From: Camelus dromedarius
Lineage: Eukaryota
Direction: 5' to 3'
NCBI RefSeq assembly: GCF_036321535.1
Contig: NC_087437.1
Coordinates: 35,094,001 to 35,158,000 of the forward strand
Length of the DNA stretch: 64,000 nt
Part shown: in pieces, positions 1-13,283 of the stretch
How the letters are laid out: each line of letters opens with the position of its first letter
Numbering within the stretch: the first letter of the stretch is position 1
Program-made: the position numbers and the translations under genes
Notes under the pieces: generated by a model
What the model was told of the DNA's origin: nothing
Databases searched by the model: none
What the model saw: only the letters and a program-made list of their open reading frames with translations

Positions 1-19
1 TACTCTTGTCTGTGTTTTG

Positions 20-325
20 GTAATTAGAATGAAGTACAGATTCTGAGCTTAGGTCTTAGGAGGAGTTAGGCCTTTGTCATAACTATGAAAACATGCCTGG
101 TTGAGTGTTGGAGGAAGAGATACAAATAGTACAGACCAGGTTGCCCCAGTTGCCTTGTATGAAGCCAGTCAGCCCTCAGACGTTGAGCAAGCCCAGCTAA
201 GATCATCAGAGGTGCCAAGCCAACTCCCAGCTAACCCTGGACACGTGAACAGTAAACTTAAATGCCACTGAGGGTTTGTGGTTGTTGCACAGCATTGTGG
301 CATTAGACAGTTGGTAGACTGATAA
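20..325 (+). mobile_element. MaLR (MLT1-type) LTR fragment
   Basis: 3' end '...gccactgagggtttgtggttgttgcacagcattgtggcattagac...gactgataaa' resembles MLT1 LTR termini; subfamily not resolved. Confidence 0.55.
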
Positions 326-1839
326 ACCAACATTTAATTACCCTGTCTCTAAAGTTGATCATTGCCAGGTTTTTTCCTTTTTCCTTTTCCTGTAAGAATC
401 TGTCCATTTTGCTCATTATTTTCTTTGGAATAAAATTACTGTCAAAGAGCATGTAAGGATCTCAGGACACTTTAGAAAAATCCTTTCCAGAAAGACACTT
501 ATCATGTGGTAGTTTCTGAGAGTGTCTCTTTTACAGTCTTAATGTTGTAGATGATTGACGTGTTTTCTTTTTTTCACTTAATGCTTTCTAGACTTAAGTA
601 GGTGAGGCCTGGTCCATAGTGATCGTTTTTTTGAACTTCTGTTGCAGTTAGTCTGTCCTACTTGGTTAGTTTTTATATGCCTCTGGAGTTACTACTATTT
701 TTAAATGTGTTTGTCTTTCTAACTAGACTATATTTCTTTAAGGCAATACAAATACAATGTATAGGTTCTCAAATACATAATTAGTAGTATGATCTGGTTG
801 AAGTCAGTATTTTGAAAAATGGGTAGAAATTTTTGTTGGGTATAGTTTTACTTTAAATAATTTCCTTACGAGTCTGTCCATAAACTAGAAATCAAGCCAA
901 TCTCAATAGCATTAGAGAGGCAGTAATTGGGATTTGTAGGGAGAGTTGTTCATGTAGACTTCATTTTGCTTATAGGAACAAAACCTGTATTTAATTCTAA
1001 ACTTGGTAAATTTTATGTGAGTAGTGCTAGTTAGCCACAGAAGTCTGAAGTAGTGTTAAGACAAACTGTTTAACACACAGTAAATTGTTTTCTTCCTCCA
1101 GGGAACTTTATTGTATATAATAGCACAAAATACTATTTGAAAATAGTCATTTGGACAGAGAAGTGCAAATGATTTGCACAGAGAAACCCGTAACCTATAA
1201 TCAGAAGGATAAACTGTTGGGCAGTATTCAAGAAATATAAAATACCTCTGGTAGTTTTTCTGTGTTTATACATTTGGATCAGAATAATGTTGAACCACTG
1301 ACTACTAGACAGGGGCTGAGATAAATTAGCATTCATCTGGATTCTAGAGTCAGCATAAAGGAAGGTGTAGAAGTCTCTGTGGAGTGTTACAAGATAGATT
1401 CCTGGGAGTGGTGACGCTCTGAATAGTCTGGCATGTGGAATTCTGTGTTTCAAAGAGAATCTTAAAAATATCTGTGTTCTGAATGTAGAGTTCCATTTTA
1501 GCATTTTACCTTTTGTGTCTGTGTGAGAATACACAGACTCTGATGGTAGGTAAATTTGTAATATTGCAAAAAGTCTGTTTGGGGTTGTTCTCCCAATCCC
1601 TTACTCTTTGTTTTCCCTTTCTCTCTTTTCATAGGAAATGGTCTGATATTTATAAGTAAGGGATAAATAAATAGTTACGGAATAAAATGTTATTCTTGAG
1701 AGTATTTTCATTTTTGTTAGAGATCAAAGGCTTAAGCAAAGGCTCATTCAGATGGAGGAAATATTTTGGGAGATAGCAAGTCTTCTGAGTGTGGTAGATT
1801 GAATTGTTGGTAACAATTCTTAATTCCTTTGTAAGTAAT

Positions 1840-2187
1840 ATATAACTTTCTATTTCCCCATCCTCGTGGTGGTGGAGTGTGTTTCTTTGCCCCTTTGGAT
1901 TTGGCTGTGTGACTTGCTTTGGCAGTGGGATGTTAGTGGATATGGTAAGAAGGTAAGATTAAAATACCTTTGCTTGTTTGCACTTGTGTTCTTGTCCTTC
2001 TGCCTTCACCATGAGAAGTAACCTGAGTAGTCACTTCCTCCCTAGCTGGGCTCAGAATGGAACATTTGAAGCAGTGTCACCCTGTACATCTGCTGAACCC
2101 CTGAGTTTAAGACTAAATAATTACGGTTACACCATTGAGTTTTGGGGTAGTTTTTCATGTAGTATTACTGGCAATAGCTAACTAATA
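1840..2187 (+). mobile_element. MaLR (MLT1-type) LTR
   Basis: 'ctgtgtgacttgctttggcagtgggatgttagtgg' and terminal 'gagttttggggtagtttt...ggcaatagctaactaata' are typical of old MLT1 LTRs. Confidence 0.6.
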
Positions 2188-2624
2188 GTCTCTGCATCTT
2201 TAAAATTTATTTCATTAAGTGGTTCTTGATGGATAATACCTTCTCTGATTGTAGAAATAGGCAACCTCCCTTTCCCCCACTTATCTGATAGGGTTAAACT
2301 TAACCTACATGGTAGTGGATGTACTTCTACAGATTCCCTTAAAGCAGCCTGGCTTTCACTGCTGCTTTCACTGTTGTTGTGAGCAGATACAACAGTTACA
2401 TTGGGTACATTCCCATGCTCTCTCCCTTTTGCCAGTATTACAAGTTTTACTGATTTAAATATAGGTGCCTTGGGCAGACTGGGGAGGCCAAGAAGACCTA
2501 GCTCCAGTTGCTCCCAACCCTGCGTCAGGCTCGCAGCTTTACTTTTTTTAGATATTTGGTTTTCAGGTAAGATTTTGTTAGGGAAAAAAAGCTGTTTTTT
2601 AGAAAATTGAAAATTTGTTGCTTA

Positions 2625-3185
2625 TAAACAAACTTGTACATTCATGCCATGGAATATTATTCATCAGTAAAAAGAAATGAACTTTTGATACACACAACTT
2701 GGATGGATCTCAAGGGAATTATGCTGAGTCAAAAGATCCAATTTCAAAAGGTTATATACTATGTGGTTCCATTAATGTAACAAACTTGAAGCAACAGTTT
2801 TATAGATGGAGAACAGCTTAGTGATTGCCAGGGTTTAGGGATGGGCTTGTATGTGGAGGTTGTGTGTGGCTATAAAGGGAGCTTTTTGGTGATGGAATAA
2901 TTCCATGTTTTGATTGTGGTGATGATCACATGAAACTATGCAGGTGATAAAATGTGCAGACAGGCAGATACACATACACATGTGCTTGTAAAACTGATAA
3001 AATCTGAATAAACTCTGTGGATTGTCTCAGTGTCAGTTTCCTGGGCTTGATCACGTGCTGTAGTTATGCAAGATGTTTCCATGCTGGGAGCATAGGTGCA
3101 GAATGCACAGGGCCTCCCTGTACTTTTTTTTGTTATGTTCTGTGAGTATATAATTATTTCAGAATTAAAAGTTAAGAATTAAAAG
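2625..3185 (+). mobile_element. Old LINE-1 3' end (L1MC/L1MD-like)
   Basis: 'catggaatattattcatcagtaaaaagaaatgaac...ggatggatctcaagggaattatgctgag' followed by an L1M-type 3'UTR and an A-rich end. Confidence 0.8.
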
Positions 3186-4314
3186 CATTGCCATGTATAA
3201 GAGCTAGTATTAGAGGAAAAGAAATAATTCTTCCTTTAATAATCAAATAAATAATAAATCACAGTAATAAATACTAATAAATAATCGAGTGATTTATTTG
3301 AAAGAAATTTAAGTGACTATTGAGACATTTTATTGGACAATTTATTCATTCCTGATAATCTGAAATGTTCTTTAGAGAAAAGTTAATGTGACGTAAGAGG
3401 GTACATGTGTGTATGTATGTGTTTATTTGGTTCTGTCTAATGGAATTTATAGGAGTCCCACAAAAGGGGATCATTATTATTGCTGATGTTGGATAAAGGG
3501 AAGAGAGATGAGAGGGTCTTCTTTTATGATTATTAGGTTATTATTAGGCAGAAGGCAACTAACAGAGGACTAGCGATTTTTAGTTTCGGCAATCAGGAGA
3601 CCTTTGTGTTAGCAAATTAAAAGCAGTTTTCTTTCCATTAAGAATGTTCAAAGCGTAATTGTTTACAGTAACATGCTCCTTTGTTGTCAGATATTTGGGG
3701 ATAAACTGAAGCTCACAGGAGTTGGGTTGAGGCTTACTGATTTGGGGTGTAAAATCATCTAACAGCCCCTAGCTTTGGACTCTAACCTAATTCAGTGATG
3801 ATAACATCACCAATGTCCTATACTATTTTCCCCAGTGTTCTGTGATTTGAGAATTTCTAGTGTAAGCAAGAAAATACAAATGCTTTTTTTAAAAAAAAGA
3901 ATTTTAAGGATTGTGTTATGATTTGTCTTAGTACCTCTTTTAATTATTTTAAAAAATAGTTTATGATGCAAATCTAACATGGATTACAGGTCTGACAATA
4001 TATTTGCCCGATCTGGTGCTTCTCACTGACTGAACCATGGCAAGTTTAGCATCAGACCTGTACTATGACACATGGAGCCATATTTACCCCAAGCATATGA
4101 ATGAATCTATCAGAAAGGAAGGGAGGTCAGTCATATCCTTTATTGTATAACTTTTTTTGTATTTTCCTTTTTCTAAGGCATGAGGATACAAAATAAATGT
4201 TTACTTAAAAGGCCCACAGGTGTTACTCGGCTATCTTTATCATACAGTCACATTTCTTTTTTAAAATGGCATCACGTGGAAATACAGTTTTACTGGACTT
4301 GTGTATGAAAGGAA

Positions 4315-4460
4315 GAACATAGTGGAGTGCATAGGCTTAGGAGCCAGATGTCCAGGGTTCACATCGCAGCTGTGATCCTCAGGCAAATAACTCAATCTCC
4401 TTATCTGTAAAATGGAAATTCGGTTGTTTAAAACTGTGGGGTCCCATTATTGTCAAGGTA
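4315..4460 (+). mobile_element. MIR SINE fragment
   Basis: MIR core 'ggagccagatgtccagggttcaca...ccttatctgtaaaatgg'. Confidence 0.5.
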
Positions 4461-5084
4461 ATAGAAAAGCAGTATTTTTCAGATGGTCTGTACTCTCTGT
4501 ACTGACATAAAGGGTCTGGAAGTGCGAAAAGGAAGACAAATGGGCCTGGAACAGTAAAAATGAAGATGAAGGGGTGATGCTCAGAGATCAGAGGTGCAGA
4601 TGCTGCCACCCTTAAGTTGACCTGTGGCTGTACTCTTGAAGGCACGGTTAGAGGCCAGCCTGGATCTGCTGAAGAGGTGTCACTTAACCAAAGAGTGCTG
4701 TTCCTGTGCCGGCTTCTCATCTGGAATCACTCCATTTCCATAGCAGCAAGAGTGTCTGCCAGCAACTGGCACACAATGGAAGCTGGGGTCTTTTTTCTTC
4801 AGCTTCCTTGGTTCCTTTCAGTGCCTCATAGAAAGCTACCTGGCAAGAGAGCTTAGGAATATAGTTTGATGTTTCCCAGATGTTCAGAGCAGCATATTGA
4901 AGGGTATGTGGGGTAAAAAATAACAAGTAACTAACCTGTGCAGTCCCTTCTTATGCATATGCACTTATCTTCCATAACCAGAAACTGTGTGTCTAGGAAG
5001 GAGAATTCGGGGACTTGAGCCACAGTAGTAAAGGGATGCATTCATTTTACTCCTTGTGTTTTGGGCTTTTTTTCTTTCTTTCTA

Positions 5085-5219
5085 TTTTTTTTTTTTTTTT
5101 TGCAGAGGGAGGTCATTAGGTTTATTTATGTAGTTTTTTGATGGAGGGTACTGGGGATTCATCCCAGGACCTCTTGCATGCTAAGCACACACTCTACGAC
5201 TTGAGCTATATCCTCCCCC
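5085..5219 (-). mobile_element. tRNA-Ala-derived SINE (camelid Vic-1-like)
   Basis: Minus strand reads GGGGGAGGATATAGCTCAAGTCGTAGAGTGTGTGCTTAGCATGCAAGAGGTCCTGGGATGAATCCCCAGTACC..., then an AT-rich linker, 'cctaatgacctccc' and a poly(A) tail. Confidence 0.85.
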
Positions 5220-5379
5220 GGACTTCGTTTTTAATGCTTTTACATCCACGGAATTGAATTGATTATACTCATTTCATGGCACATTGATTTTGGTTCATGC
5301 AAATCATCATGCCCATTCCTTCTTCCCGTTGTCACCCATGCCATGTATATGTCTACCTCTCATGCTTTTACATAGATAC

Positions 5380-6670
5380 ATGGAAATTCTTGAAAGATAT
5401 GTAATGTTTTTCATGGGTTAAATTTAAATAAATGCTGTTGTGCTGAAATTTTTACTTTTTATTACCTTTTTACACTTAACATTAGGATTTTGAAATGGAT
5501 CCATCTTGTAAATTGGTTCACTGTTTTTTGTTGCATGATACTCTCCCTTTCTCTTCTCATCTGTTTCCCATTGATGGACATTCAGGTTTCCTGCAATTAT
5601 CTTGCATACATATTACAGTGAACAGCCTCATGCCTGTTTTATTGTTGGTCTGTTGAGTTTCTAGGGTATATATCCTGTATGGTAACAGGCAGCCTCTAAC
5701 ATGGCTCCCAGTGATCCCTGTCTCCTCATACCCACGCCCTTGTTGAGTCTCCTCCCGTTTAACATGGGCTGGGGTTCGCGATTCTCTTCTGGTGAATAGA
5801 AGCTGACAGCTGTGATGAGATGTCACTTCCAAGATCAGTTTTTTTTTTTTTTTCCTTTAAAGATCTGTGACTTCTATCATACTTGCCATTTCTCATTCTT
5901 TCTTCTTTGGGGGAAGCCAGCTGCTATGTTGTGGACTGACCTGTGGAGAGGTCCATGTCTCTGACCAACAGTCAGTTAGTCTCTGAGGCATGACAACAGC
6001 TTTGTGAGTGAGCTTGGAAGCAGATGCTTCCCCAGTTACTCCTGAGGTAACTGCAGCCCCAGCTGACCCTTGATTGTAATCTTTTGAGAGACACCTCAGA
6101 GGGCCCCAGCTAAACTGCATCTAGATTCCAGACCTACAGAAATTTTGAGCTAATGTTTGTCATTTTAAGCCTCTAAATCTTGGGTAACTTGTTACACCGC
6201 CAGGTAACTAATATACCCAGGAATGTCATTGTTGGGTTGTGGGATATATGCATACTTAACTAAGTACTGTCAGATTTCTTTCTTAACAGCGATACTTGAT
6301 GGCTTCTGTTTCCTTACACTTTCACTAGCACTTGCTAGTATCAGACTTTATGAATTTTTTTTTGTCAACCTGATAGGTGTAAAGTGATACCTCATTTTAA
6401 TATTTATTTGATAACATGCTGACTATCATTTCCATTTTTAGCCAGTGCTTATTTACTTCTGCTCTTCTTTCTTCGATTTTTCTGTCTTATGTTGACTTGA
6501 TGAAATGTCTTGTATAAATAGTCCTTATTGGTTTCAGACATTGCAGATATCTTTACTCATTTTAGTAGTTGTTAAATTTGCAAATAATGTCTGTCACTAA
6601 ACAGAAATACTTAACTTTGATGTAGTTATAGCCATAAATTCTTTCTTCTTATTAAGGTATGTGCTTCTCT
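5380..6670 (-). mobile_element. Old LINE-1 (L1ME-like) fragment, split by an MLT1 LTR
   Basis: Antisense L1 ORF2-end motifs 'ttgatggacattcaggtttcc', 'tttctagggtatatat|cccaggaatg' and 'gataggtgtaaagtgatacctcatttt' continue across the LTR at 5677-6215. Confidence 0.55.
5677..6215 (+). mobile_element. MLT1F-like MaLR solo LTR
   Basis: Start 'tgtatggtaacaggcagcctctaacatggctcccagtgatccc', internal 'gtgagtgagcttggaagcagat', end 'cttgttacaccgccaggtaactaatata'. Confidence 0.8.
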
Positions 6671-7084
6671 GGATCTTGCTTAGGCAGGGCAACTGATATC
6701 CATAATTTAGATTTTTTGAATAAATAAAAGTCACTCTAAAAACTATTGGATGAATGGAAGTAGTTTTAAAAATATTGACAAACACTGTGCTCTCTTATTG
6801 ATCATTTCATTTGAATTTGCTTTGCAAATTTTACATATAATGTGGTTAACTTAACCCATTCATAAATCTGAATAAAGGTGAGATGTGGCCATGTGGTAAG
6901 AGAACTGACTTAGGTTGATAGAGAACCCCATAGGATTGAATTGGTCACCCAGTTACAGAAACTGTAATATAAAATATATTGCAAAATAATAAAAATGTGT
7001 TCTTCTCTTTCCTTTTTTTTTTTTTTTTTAAAGAGGAGAAAGCCCCAAATTCTTTTAAACAGTAATTTTAGCTTTAGCTAAAAA

Positions 7085-7103
7085 TGTCCACCAGATGGCA
7101 CCA
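7085..7103 (+). promoter_or_regulatory. Candidate CTCF binding motif
   Basis: TGTCCACCAGATGGCACCA closely matches the CTCF consensus TGGCCACCAGRKGGCRCTA and lies in non-repeat AT-rich DNA. Confidence 0.5.
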
Positions 7104-8141
7104 ATGCGTGATAAGTACTTAGAAAATCAGAAGTCTTACTCTCACACTTATCTTAAAATCTGTTAAAATAAAATGTATTGACAGTGTAATTAAGGAGATA
7201 ATTTTGGCTTTCTATTAATTAGTCTTCAAGAAACCCTTCCTGGGGCTCCAGGTGGAGAGAGGTGTCTTTCTCTGTGATCCTGTAGCTAATAGCACTCACC
7301 TGATTGCCCTGTAATTATTTGCTAGAGTCCATTCCTTTCATTTGAGATAGAGAATTGGGATAGTTTTAGTCTCACTAGGCCATTGATAGTGGGGCTTTTA
7401 TTTATTTTTCTAGTAATCGTTAGGTTATGAGTTAAAGCCAGCCAGGTTTGGGAGAAGTATTAAAATGTGAACTTTCCAATTTTATGTATCTTTCAATGCT
7501 TATAAAACCTGCAGCTTTGGGAAAATAGTGGAAATAAACATTTCATTGCTTTAATTTTGTATATTGAATTGATAAGGAAAAAATAGCCAAGATTATCCAC
7601 CTCATTCCCTGGACTGATCTACAAATCCAGTTTCCTTTTGAGAAATGCGCATAGAGAAATTTACAGCCCTTGAAAAATGAGTATGAATTAATATGTTCAA
7701 GGACCATAAAAGTGATTTCCAAGCAGCAGCTTGTACTCCAAGTGTGAAACTTTCATACCATTTATCCTGAATGGTACTGATGGCTCTGTGAGTCTGATTA
7801 TCCTAGAAAATTTTCTATGAGCTCCTTCTCTCTTGTCTTTGGAGACATGATACCTTTTCTGGATTATTGATAAGAGGACCAGCCAAGTATCAGGTTTTCT
7901 ACCCCTGGAAAACATATCTTCAGAACCTTGTTACTGCTGGTTACTTGTGGCAAGTACTCAGTATGTTTTCACTATTGAATTCACTTTTTCAAAATGATCA
8001 ATACCAGTATTTCCAAAAGTGTGATGAGTGAAATGATAGTCTTTCTTGAAGCTGCTCGGGAAGTGTTCTGTGGTTAAGCAATGGCAAACTATTGTCTTAG
8101 GTACAGCTCATACTATCAGGTTAGAGACACCCTGAAGCCTA

Positions 8142-8829
8142 TAGTGGTGATTTTCAGTGGAGCAGTACTATCCCCGAGGGGACATTTTATAAATTATAAA
8201 TCTGTGGGAGTGTTTTTGTTGTCACACCAGTTGGCCCAGAGGTCATGGATAGCCTGCAGGGTACAATCTGTCCCATAAAAGCAAGAGTTGTCCCTTGCTT
8301 CCTGGGACTTACTGTTGTCCTTACGGTCAGGTAGCTTTAAAATCTATTTATAATTAAGCTTAGAAACTAATTCTTTTACATATAAACACAAAATCATGAT
8401 TTCATAAGAGTAGTCACTGATATGCCTTTGGAATACAATGACCATGTAAATTAAGGGGAGATTGTATTCTGTTTTGTTTGGAGCTTTACCAAGAATTTTT
8501 TACCATTTCAGAAAAGGGCATCATGAGCAAACAGCACTGGTTGTGTTTGAATCCCCGATACAGCGTGACTGTGTAGCCTGTGTGTGCAGCTGGCACATTC
8601 ACCATAATTTTCCATGTGAAGGCAGGGGGCTGACTACCTATGTCTTTTGGTTTAGTCATTTCCAAGATTTACATATTAAAATACATATTATGCTATTGTT
8701 GGTCTTTCGAAAAATTACTTTTATGTAGGACATACCTATGAATTTTGTTTCAGGATGGTAAAGGAGGTGTTACAGAGATACCTGTTTACAACGAGAGAAC
8801 ATTGGATTTGAGAGGGTTGGAAACCACTA
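8142..8829 (+). mobile_element. hAT-Charlie non-autonomous DNA transposon (MER20B-like)
   Basis: Inverted termini tagtggt...accacta and a MER20-type start 'ccccgaggggacattt...tttttgttgtcaca'. Confidence 0.5.
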
Positions 8830-8969
8830 TCCTAAGCGGAGAAATCTGGAGAATTTTCTTAACGAATCATTTGCTAAATTAATTTGATAATAGAGCCTTT
8901 ATTTTGTGTATCTGTTAACTTTAGGGAAAGCTATATTAATGCTATACTAATACTAACTCTGTCACTAGT

Positions 8970-9180
8970 AAGACTTTTTATAGTACTTTATACTCTCAAA
9001 ATGCCTTCCCCTGTGTTATTTCAACTTATTTTCACAACATTTATGAGGGGCAGAGCATAGGCATTCTCATTCTGTAGATGAAACAGAAGAAGAAAGAATT
9101 GAGGTGATTCACCATGGATCACTGAGAGGTCTGTGCAGAGCTCGGATGAGAGGCTTGATTCCCAGAACCATGCCCTTCTA
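8970..9180 (-). mobile_element. MIR SINE fragment
   Basis: 'ttttcacaacatttatgagg...attctcattctgtagatgaaacaga'. Confidence 0.5.
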
Positions 9181-9619
9181 CATCTGAAAGTTTGCTAATC
9201 CTAGCACAGGCTTCTCCCCACTCCTCCATCCTTCTGTAGCCAGGGAGTAGGCAGGGAAGAATTTGAACCCTGCGTCAGAGTAGCACTGGGGCAGGTGAAG
9301 CATTCCCCCAGTAAGGGGCTGACCGTCTAATCTGAAATGCACCAGTTTCTTATTTTCCAACTTCTTGTTGCTTGCATTTTTGAGTTCATCACCTTTCTTG
9401 TATGTCTAGATCAAAAGGGTGATCAAGGAAGGGAGAGAATATGAAACTGCAGCTCACTGGTTAAAACTGCCAGATGGAATGTGGAATGTGTGATTTAGCA
9501 TTGCTTTGTATTACTTTGTTTTCCCATTATCTTCTGTTCTGCTTAAGATTTGTGGTTGAGATTTGCATAACCAAGTCAATTGAGATTACAGGCCTATAGG
9601 ATGTCTTTGTTCTTAAGAG

Positions 9620-10000
9620 GAAATAGTAATGGCAAACAGTGCTTACTATGTCAGGCATTGTTCTAAGTGCCTTATGTACATTCATGTTATCCTTACAAAA
9701 CTTTATGAGGTAGATAACTTCTTGAGAAGTTCTCGTGAGTAAAGATTATGTGTAACTCATTTCATCTATTTATACATTTGCAAAGCCTTACACCATGATT
9801 GGAACAACATATTTATTGATTTAATTTCCTTTAAAGGACAGTAAGATGGAGATCAAAGACAGTACCACTCTTTTCCTAATTAATTATTTCAACAAATTTA
9901 TTGAGAAACTAGTAACATGTTAGATACTAGCATGCCCTGAAGAGGCAATTATAAATAAGACATACATAATTTTCACCTCAAGGGAGCTTATAGTCTTCTC
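9620..10000 (-). mobile_element. MIR/L2 fragments
   Basis: 'gtgcttactatgtcaggcattgttctaagtgcc' and 'tttcaacaaatttattgag...ctcaagggagcttatagtct'. Confidence 0.45.
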
Positions 10001-10515
10001 TACTTTCATACTTTGGGTCTCTCAGTTTATTTTTGTTGTCCCCAATAAATCACTTGTTGCTCTGGTGGTGGTGGGTTGAACCAGACCACTCTTCACACAC
10101 CCAGGACATGGAAAGGTGCTGCTGCTGGTGGTGGTAGAAGCAGCAGACAGTGTGGCAGAATTGTGCCCTCCTTCTAATGGTACTCATGGTAATTATAGCA
10201 TGTCCAGCCATCATGTACTGTTACCCAGTTTCTTCCCAAGGGGGGCTCTAGATAAGCTCAGTGGCAGTCTTGTGCATCTGGCTAATGATTAGTTTGGTCC
10301 TGGGAGCCTAGGCTTCATTTCCTGGAGTAGATACTGAGGATGGATTGAGCCAGGAATAAGGAGGGGATTGAATCAGAGAAGTCAAGTCCATTTCAGATCG
10401 AAAGGACAAGCATGGGATGGATAATGGGGGACAGTGTTCAAAGTTTAGAGGCAATATTGTACAGAGATGAAACTGGGAATTGAAGGAATGGAGCTGGTGG
10501 TTAAGAGATAGTTGA

Positions 10516-10820
10516 CATGGATACAGAAAACAAATTGTGGTTACCTTGGGGAAACATGATGGGCGTACGGGACTGAGGAGGGACAGATTGGGAGTTTGGG
10601 ATTGATGAATACACATTACTATATGTGAAGGAAATAAGCAACAAGCACCTACTGTATAGCACAGGGAACTGTATTCAACTTCTTGTAATAACACATAATG
10701 GAAAAGAAACTGAAAAATATAAATGTATGTGTGTATGTGTATAACTGAATTGCTTTGCTGAACACCTGAAACTAACATTGTAAATCAACTACACTTCAAT
10801 AAAAAATAAGAATAAAAAAA
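10516..10820 (+). mobile_element. 5'-truncated LINE-1 3'UTR (artiodactyl type)
   Basis: 'cctactgtatagcacagggaactgtattcaac...tgaacacctgaaactaacattgtaaatcaactacacttcaataaaaa'; flanked by the repeat 'tagttga' (likely TSD). Confidence 0.85.
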
Positions 10821-11629
10821 GATTTAGGTAGTTGATGGAGCCAAGAATTTTGTGGTACAGAATGCTGGAATGTCTAGATTTTACCATTCTTGAATTGCTC
10901 AGCTTGCTGAAAGATACAGGGCTAGGTTGTTTAGGGAGTGATGTCAGCCATGTAGCTGACTAAGACGTCCCTCGTTTGTGTCCTTCCCGCAACAACAGTC
11001 TGGCATCCATCCAGGGACAAAAGTGCCTTTGTGGGAGCTGTGGGATCCAGTCCCATATGCCAAGGAATCCTGGAGGAGTCTGCCCACCTGTGCATCAAGT
11101 AATAGGAATATGGACCTTGGTCCTGGCTGTGGATCCTGCAGTGGTCTGTAATCTGGCTCCTGCCCCTCTCGGCTGCAGTCCAGGAGCCCCTGGAAAACAC
11201 TGTCTTAGACAATGACCCATGAGCAAGAGAGCCTTTGTGGAAGTCAAGAGTTTCCAGTGGAGAAGTTCTAGCACACGAGTGTAAGAAAAACATGAGTTTG
11301 GATGCATTGGAGTGGGTAAGAAGAAAAGTCTTTACCTGCATCACCACATACGCAAGATGGCACTGCTTAGGGCCAAGAGAGATCTTCACAGATTTCTTCT
11401 GTAAGGGTAAAAAAGAGTGTGTGAATGAGCATCTTGATTCCCCAGTTGTGTGAGACACTGTCAAACAGGCTCATTGCTCTCACCCCATCGGGAATACTGA
11501 GTTGTGAGCTTCCTGACTAGGTAGGTGAGGGGAAAGACTGGGAGGGCAGCAGATTGGACTCTTGGAGATCATCAAAGGGACATGAATCCCACTAACTGGG
11601 TCTCAGACTCCATCAAGAAGCTTGCCCAT

Positions 11630-12975
11630 CAAGTGGTGTTGGGAAAGCTGGACAGCTGCGTGTAAATCAATGAGGTTAGAACACTCCCTCACACCATACA
11701 CAGAAGTAAACTCAAAATGGCTTAAAGGCTTAAACATAAGACAGGACACCATAAACCTCCTAGAAGAGAATATAGATAAAACATTCTCTGATGTAAATCA
11801 TAGCAATGTTTTCCTAGGTCAGTCTACCAAGGCAACAGAAATAAAAGCAAAAACAAGCGGGACCTAGTTAAACTTAAGCTTTTGCACAACAAAGGAAACC
11901 ATAAACAAAATGAAAAGATAACCTATGGAATGGGAGAAAATACTTGCAAACAATGAGACCAACAAGGGCTTAACTTTCAGAATATACAAACAGCTCATAC
12001 AATTCAATAAGAGAAAAGTGAACAACCCAATCAAAAGATGTGCAGAAGATCTAAACAGACATTTCTCCAACGAAAACATACAGATGGCCAATAGGCACAT
12101 GAAAAGATGCTCAATATCACTAGTTATCAGAGAAATGGAAATAAAAACTACAATGAGGTATCACTTCATACTGGTCAGAATGGCCATCATTAAGAAGACC
12201 ACAAGTGACAAATGCTGGAGAGGGTGTGGAGAAAAGGGAACCCTCCTACACTGTTGGTGGGAATGTAATTTGGTGCAGCCACTGTGGAAAACAGTATGGA
12301 GATTCCTCAAAAACCTGAAAATAGTGTTAACCATGTGATCCAGTGATCCCACTCCTGGGCATATATCCAGAGAAAATTCCAATTCAGAAAGATACATGCA
12401 CCCCAGTATTCACAACAGCACTATTCACAGCAGCCAAGACATGGAAGCAACCTAAATATCCATCAACAGATGATTGAATAGAGAAGATGTGGTGTGTGTG
12501 TGTGTGTGTAATACTACTAAGCCATAAAAAGTAAAACAATGCCATTTGCAGCACTGGGGACCTGGGGATTGTCATTCTAAGTGAAGTAAGCCAGAAAGAG
12601 AAAAATACCATATGATATCACTCATATGTGGAATCTAAAAAAAAAAGAGACAATGAATTTATTTATAAGACAGAAGCAGACTCAGACATAGAAAGTAAAC
12701 TTATGGTTACTAAAGGGGAAAGGGGAGGGGAGGGATAAATTAGTAGTTTCAAATTAACAGGTATACACTACTGTATATAAAACAGGTAGACAGCAAGGTC
12801 CTACAGTATAGCACAGGGAACTATATTCAATATCTTGTATTAACCTATAATGAAATAGAATATGTATATATGTATGTGTGTGTGTGTGTATACACACACA
12901 CATGACTGAATCACTATGCTGTACACCAGAAACTAACACAACATTATAAATCAATTATACTTCAATTTAAAAAAA
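11630..12975 (+). mobile_element. Younger 5'-truncated LINE-1 (ORF2 C-terminus + 3'UTR) nested in the older L1
   Basis: ORF 11925-12338 is L1 ORF2p C-terminal ([18 protein letters not shown]); poly(A); TSD aagaagcttgcc(c/t)at at 11615-11629 and 12976-12990. Confidence 0.95.
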
Positions 12976-13283
12976 AAGAAGCTTGCCTATGAACCATTGG
13001 GGGCACCTTGCCAGCAGATCCCCCAAATGACCTATGGGCACCCCAGTGCTCTGTGTGCTTTGTCCCCCTCTCTTACACCATGGTGGCTCCCTGTGCATGC
13101 TCCCACGGTGGCAGCAAGAGTGAGCTTTGGCAGATGGCTAGTGAGCACATGAGAAAAGCCAACCTGAATCTGCGGTTGAGGGAGATCCCACAAACTTGAG
13201 GTTTAGTGCTAGCCATCTTTGTAAAAACAAAGGGAGGCTGTAGGCACCCAGCCTGGCCTGTTGCAGGATTAAGGGAAGGCATA

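Noticed and set aside
1133..1534. 133-aa minus-strand ORF
   Set aside because: Non-ATG start, no recognisable domain and no supporting splice structure.
10931..11464. 177-aa minus-strand ORF
   Set aside because: It lies antisense in an L1 5'UTR and has no recognisable homology; the same applies to 47453-47932.
11925..12338. 137-aa ORF as a cellular gene
   Set aside because: It is the L1 ORF2p C-terminus in a truncated copy.
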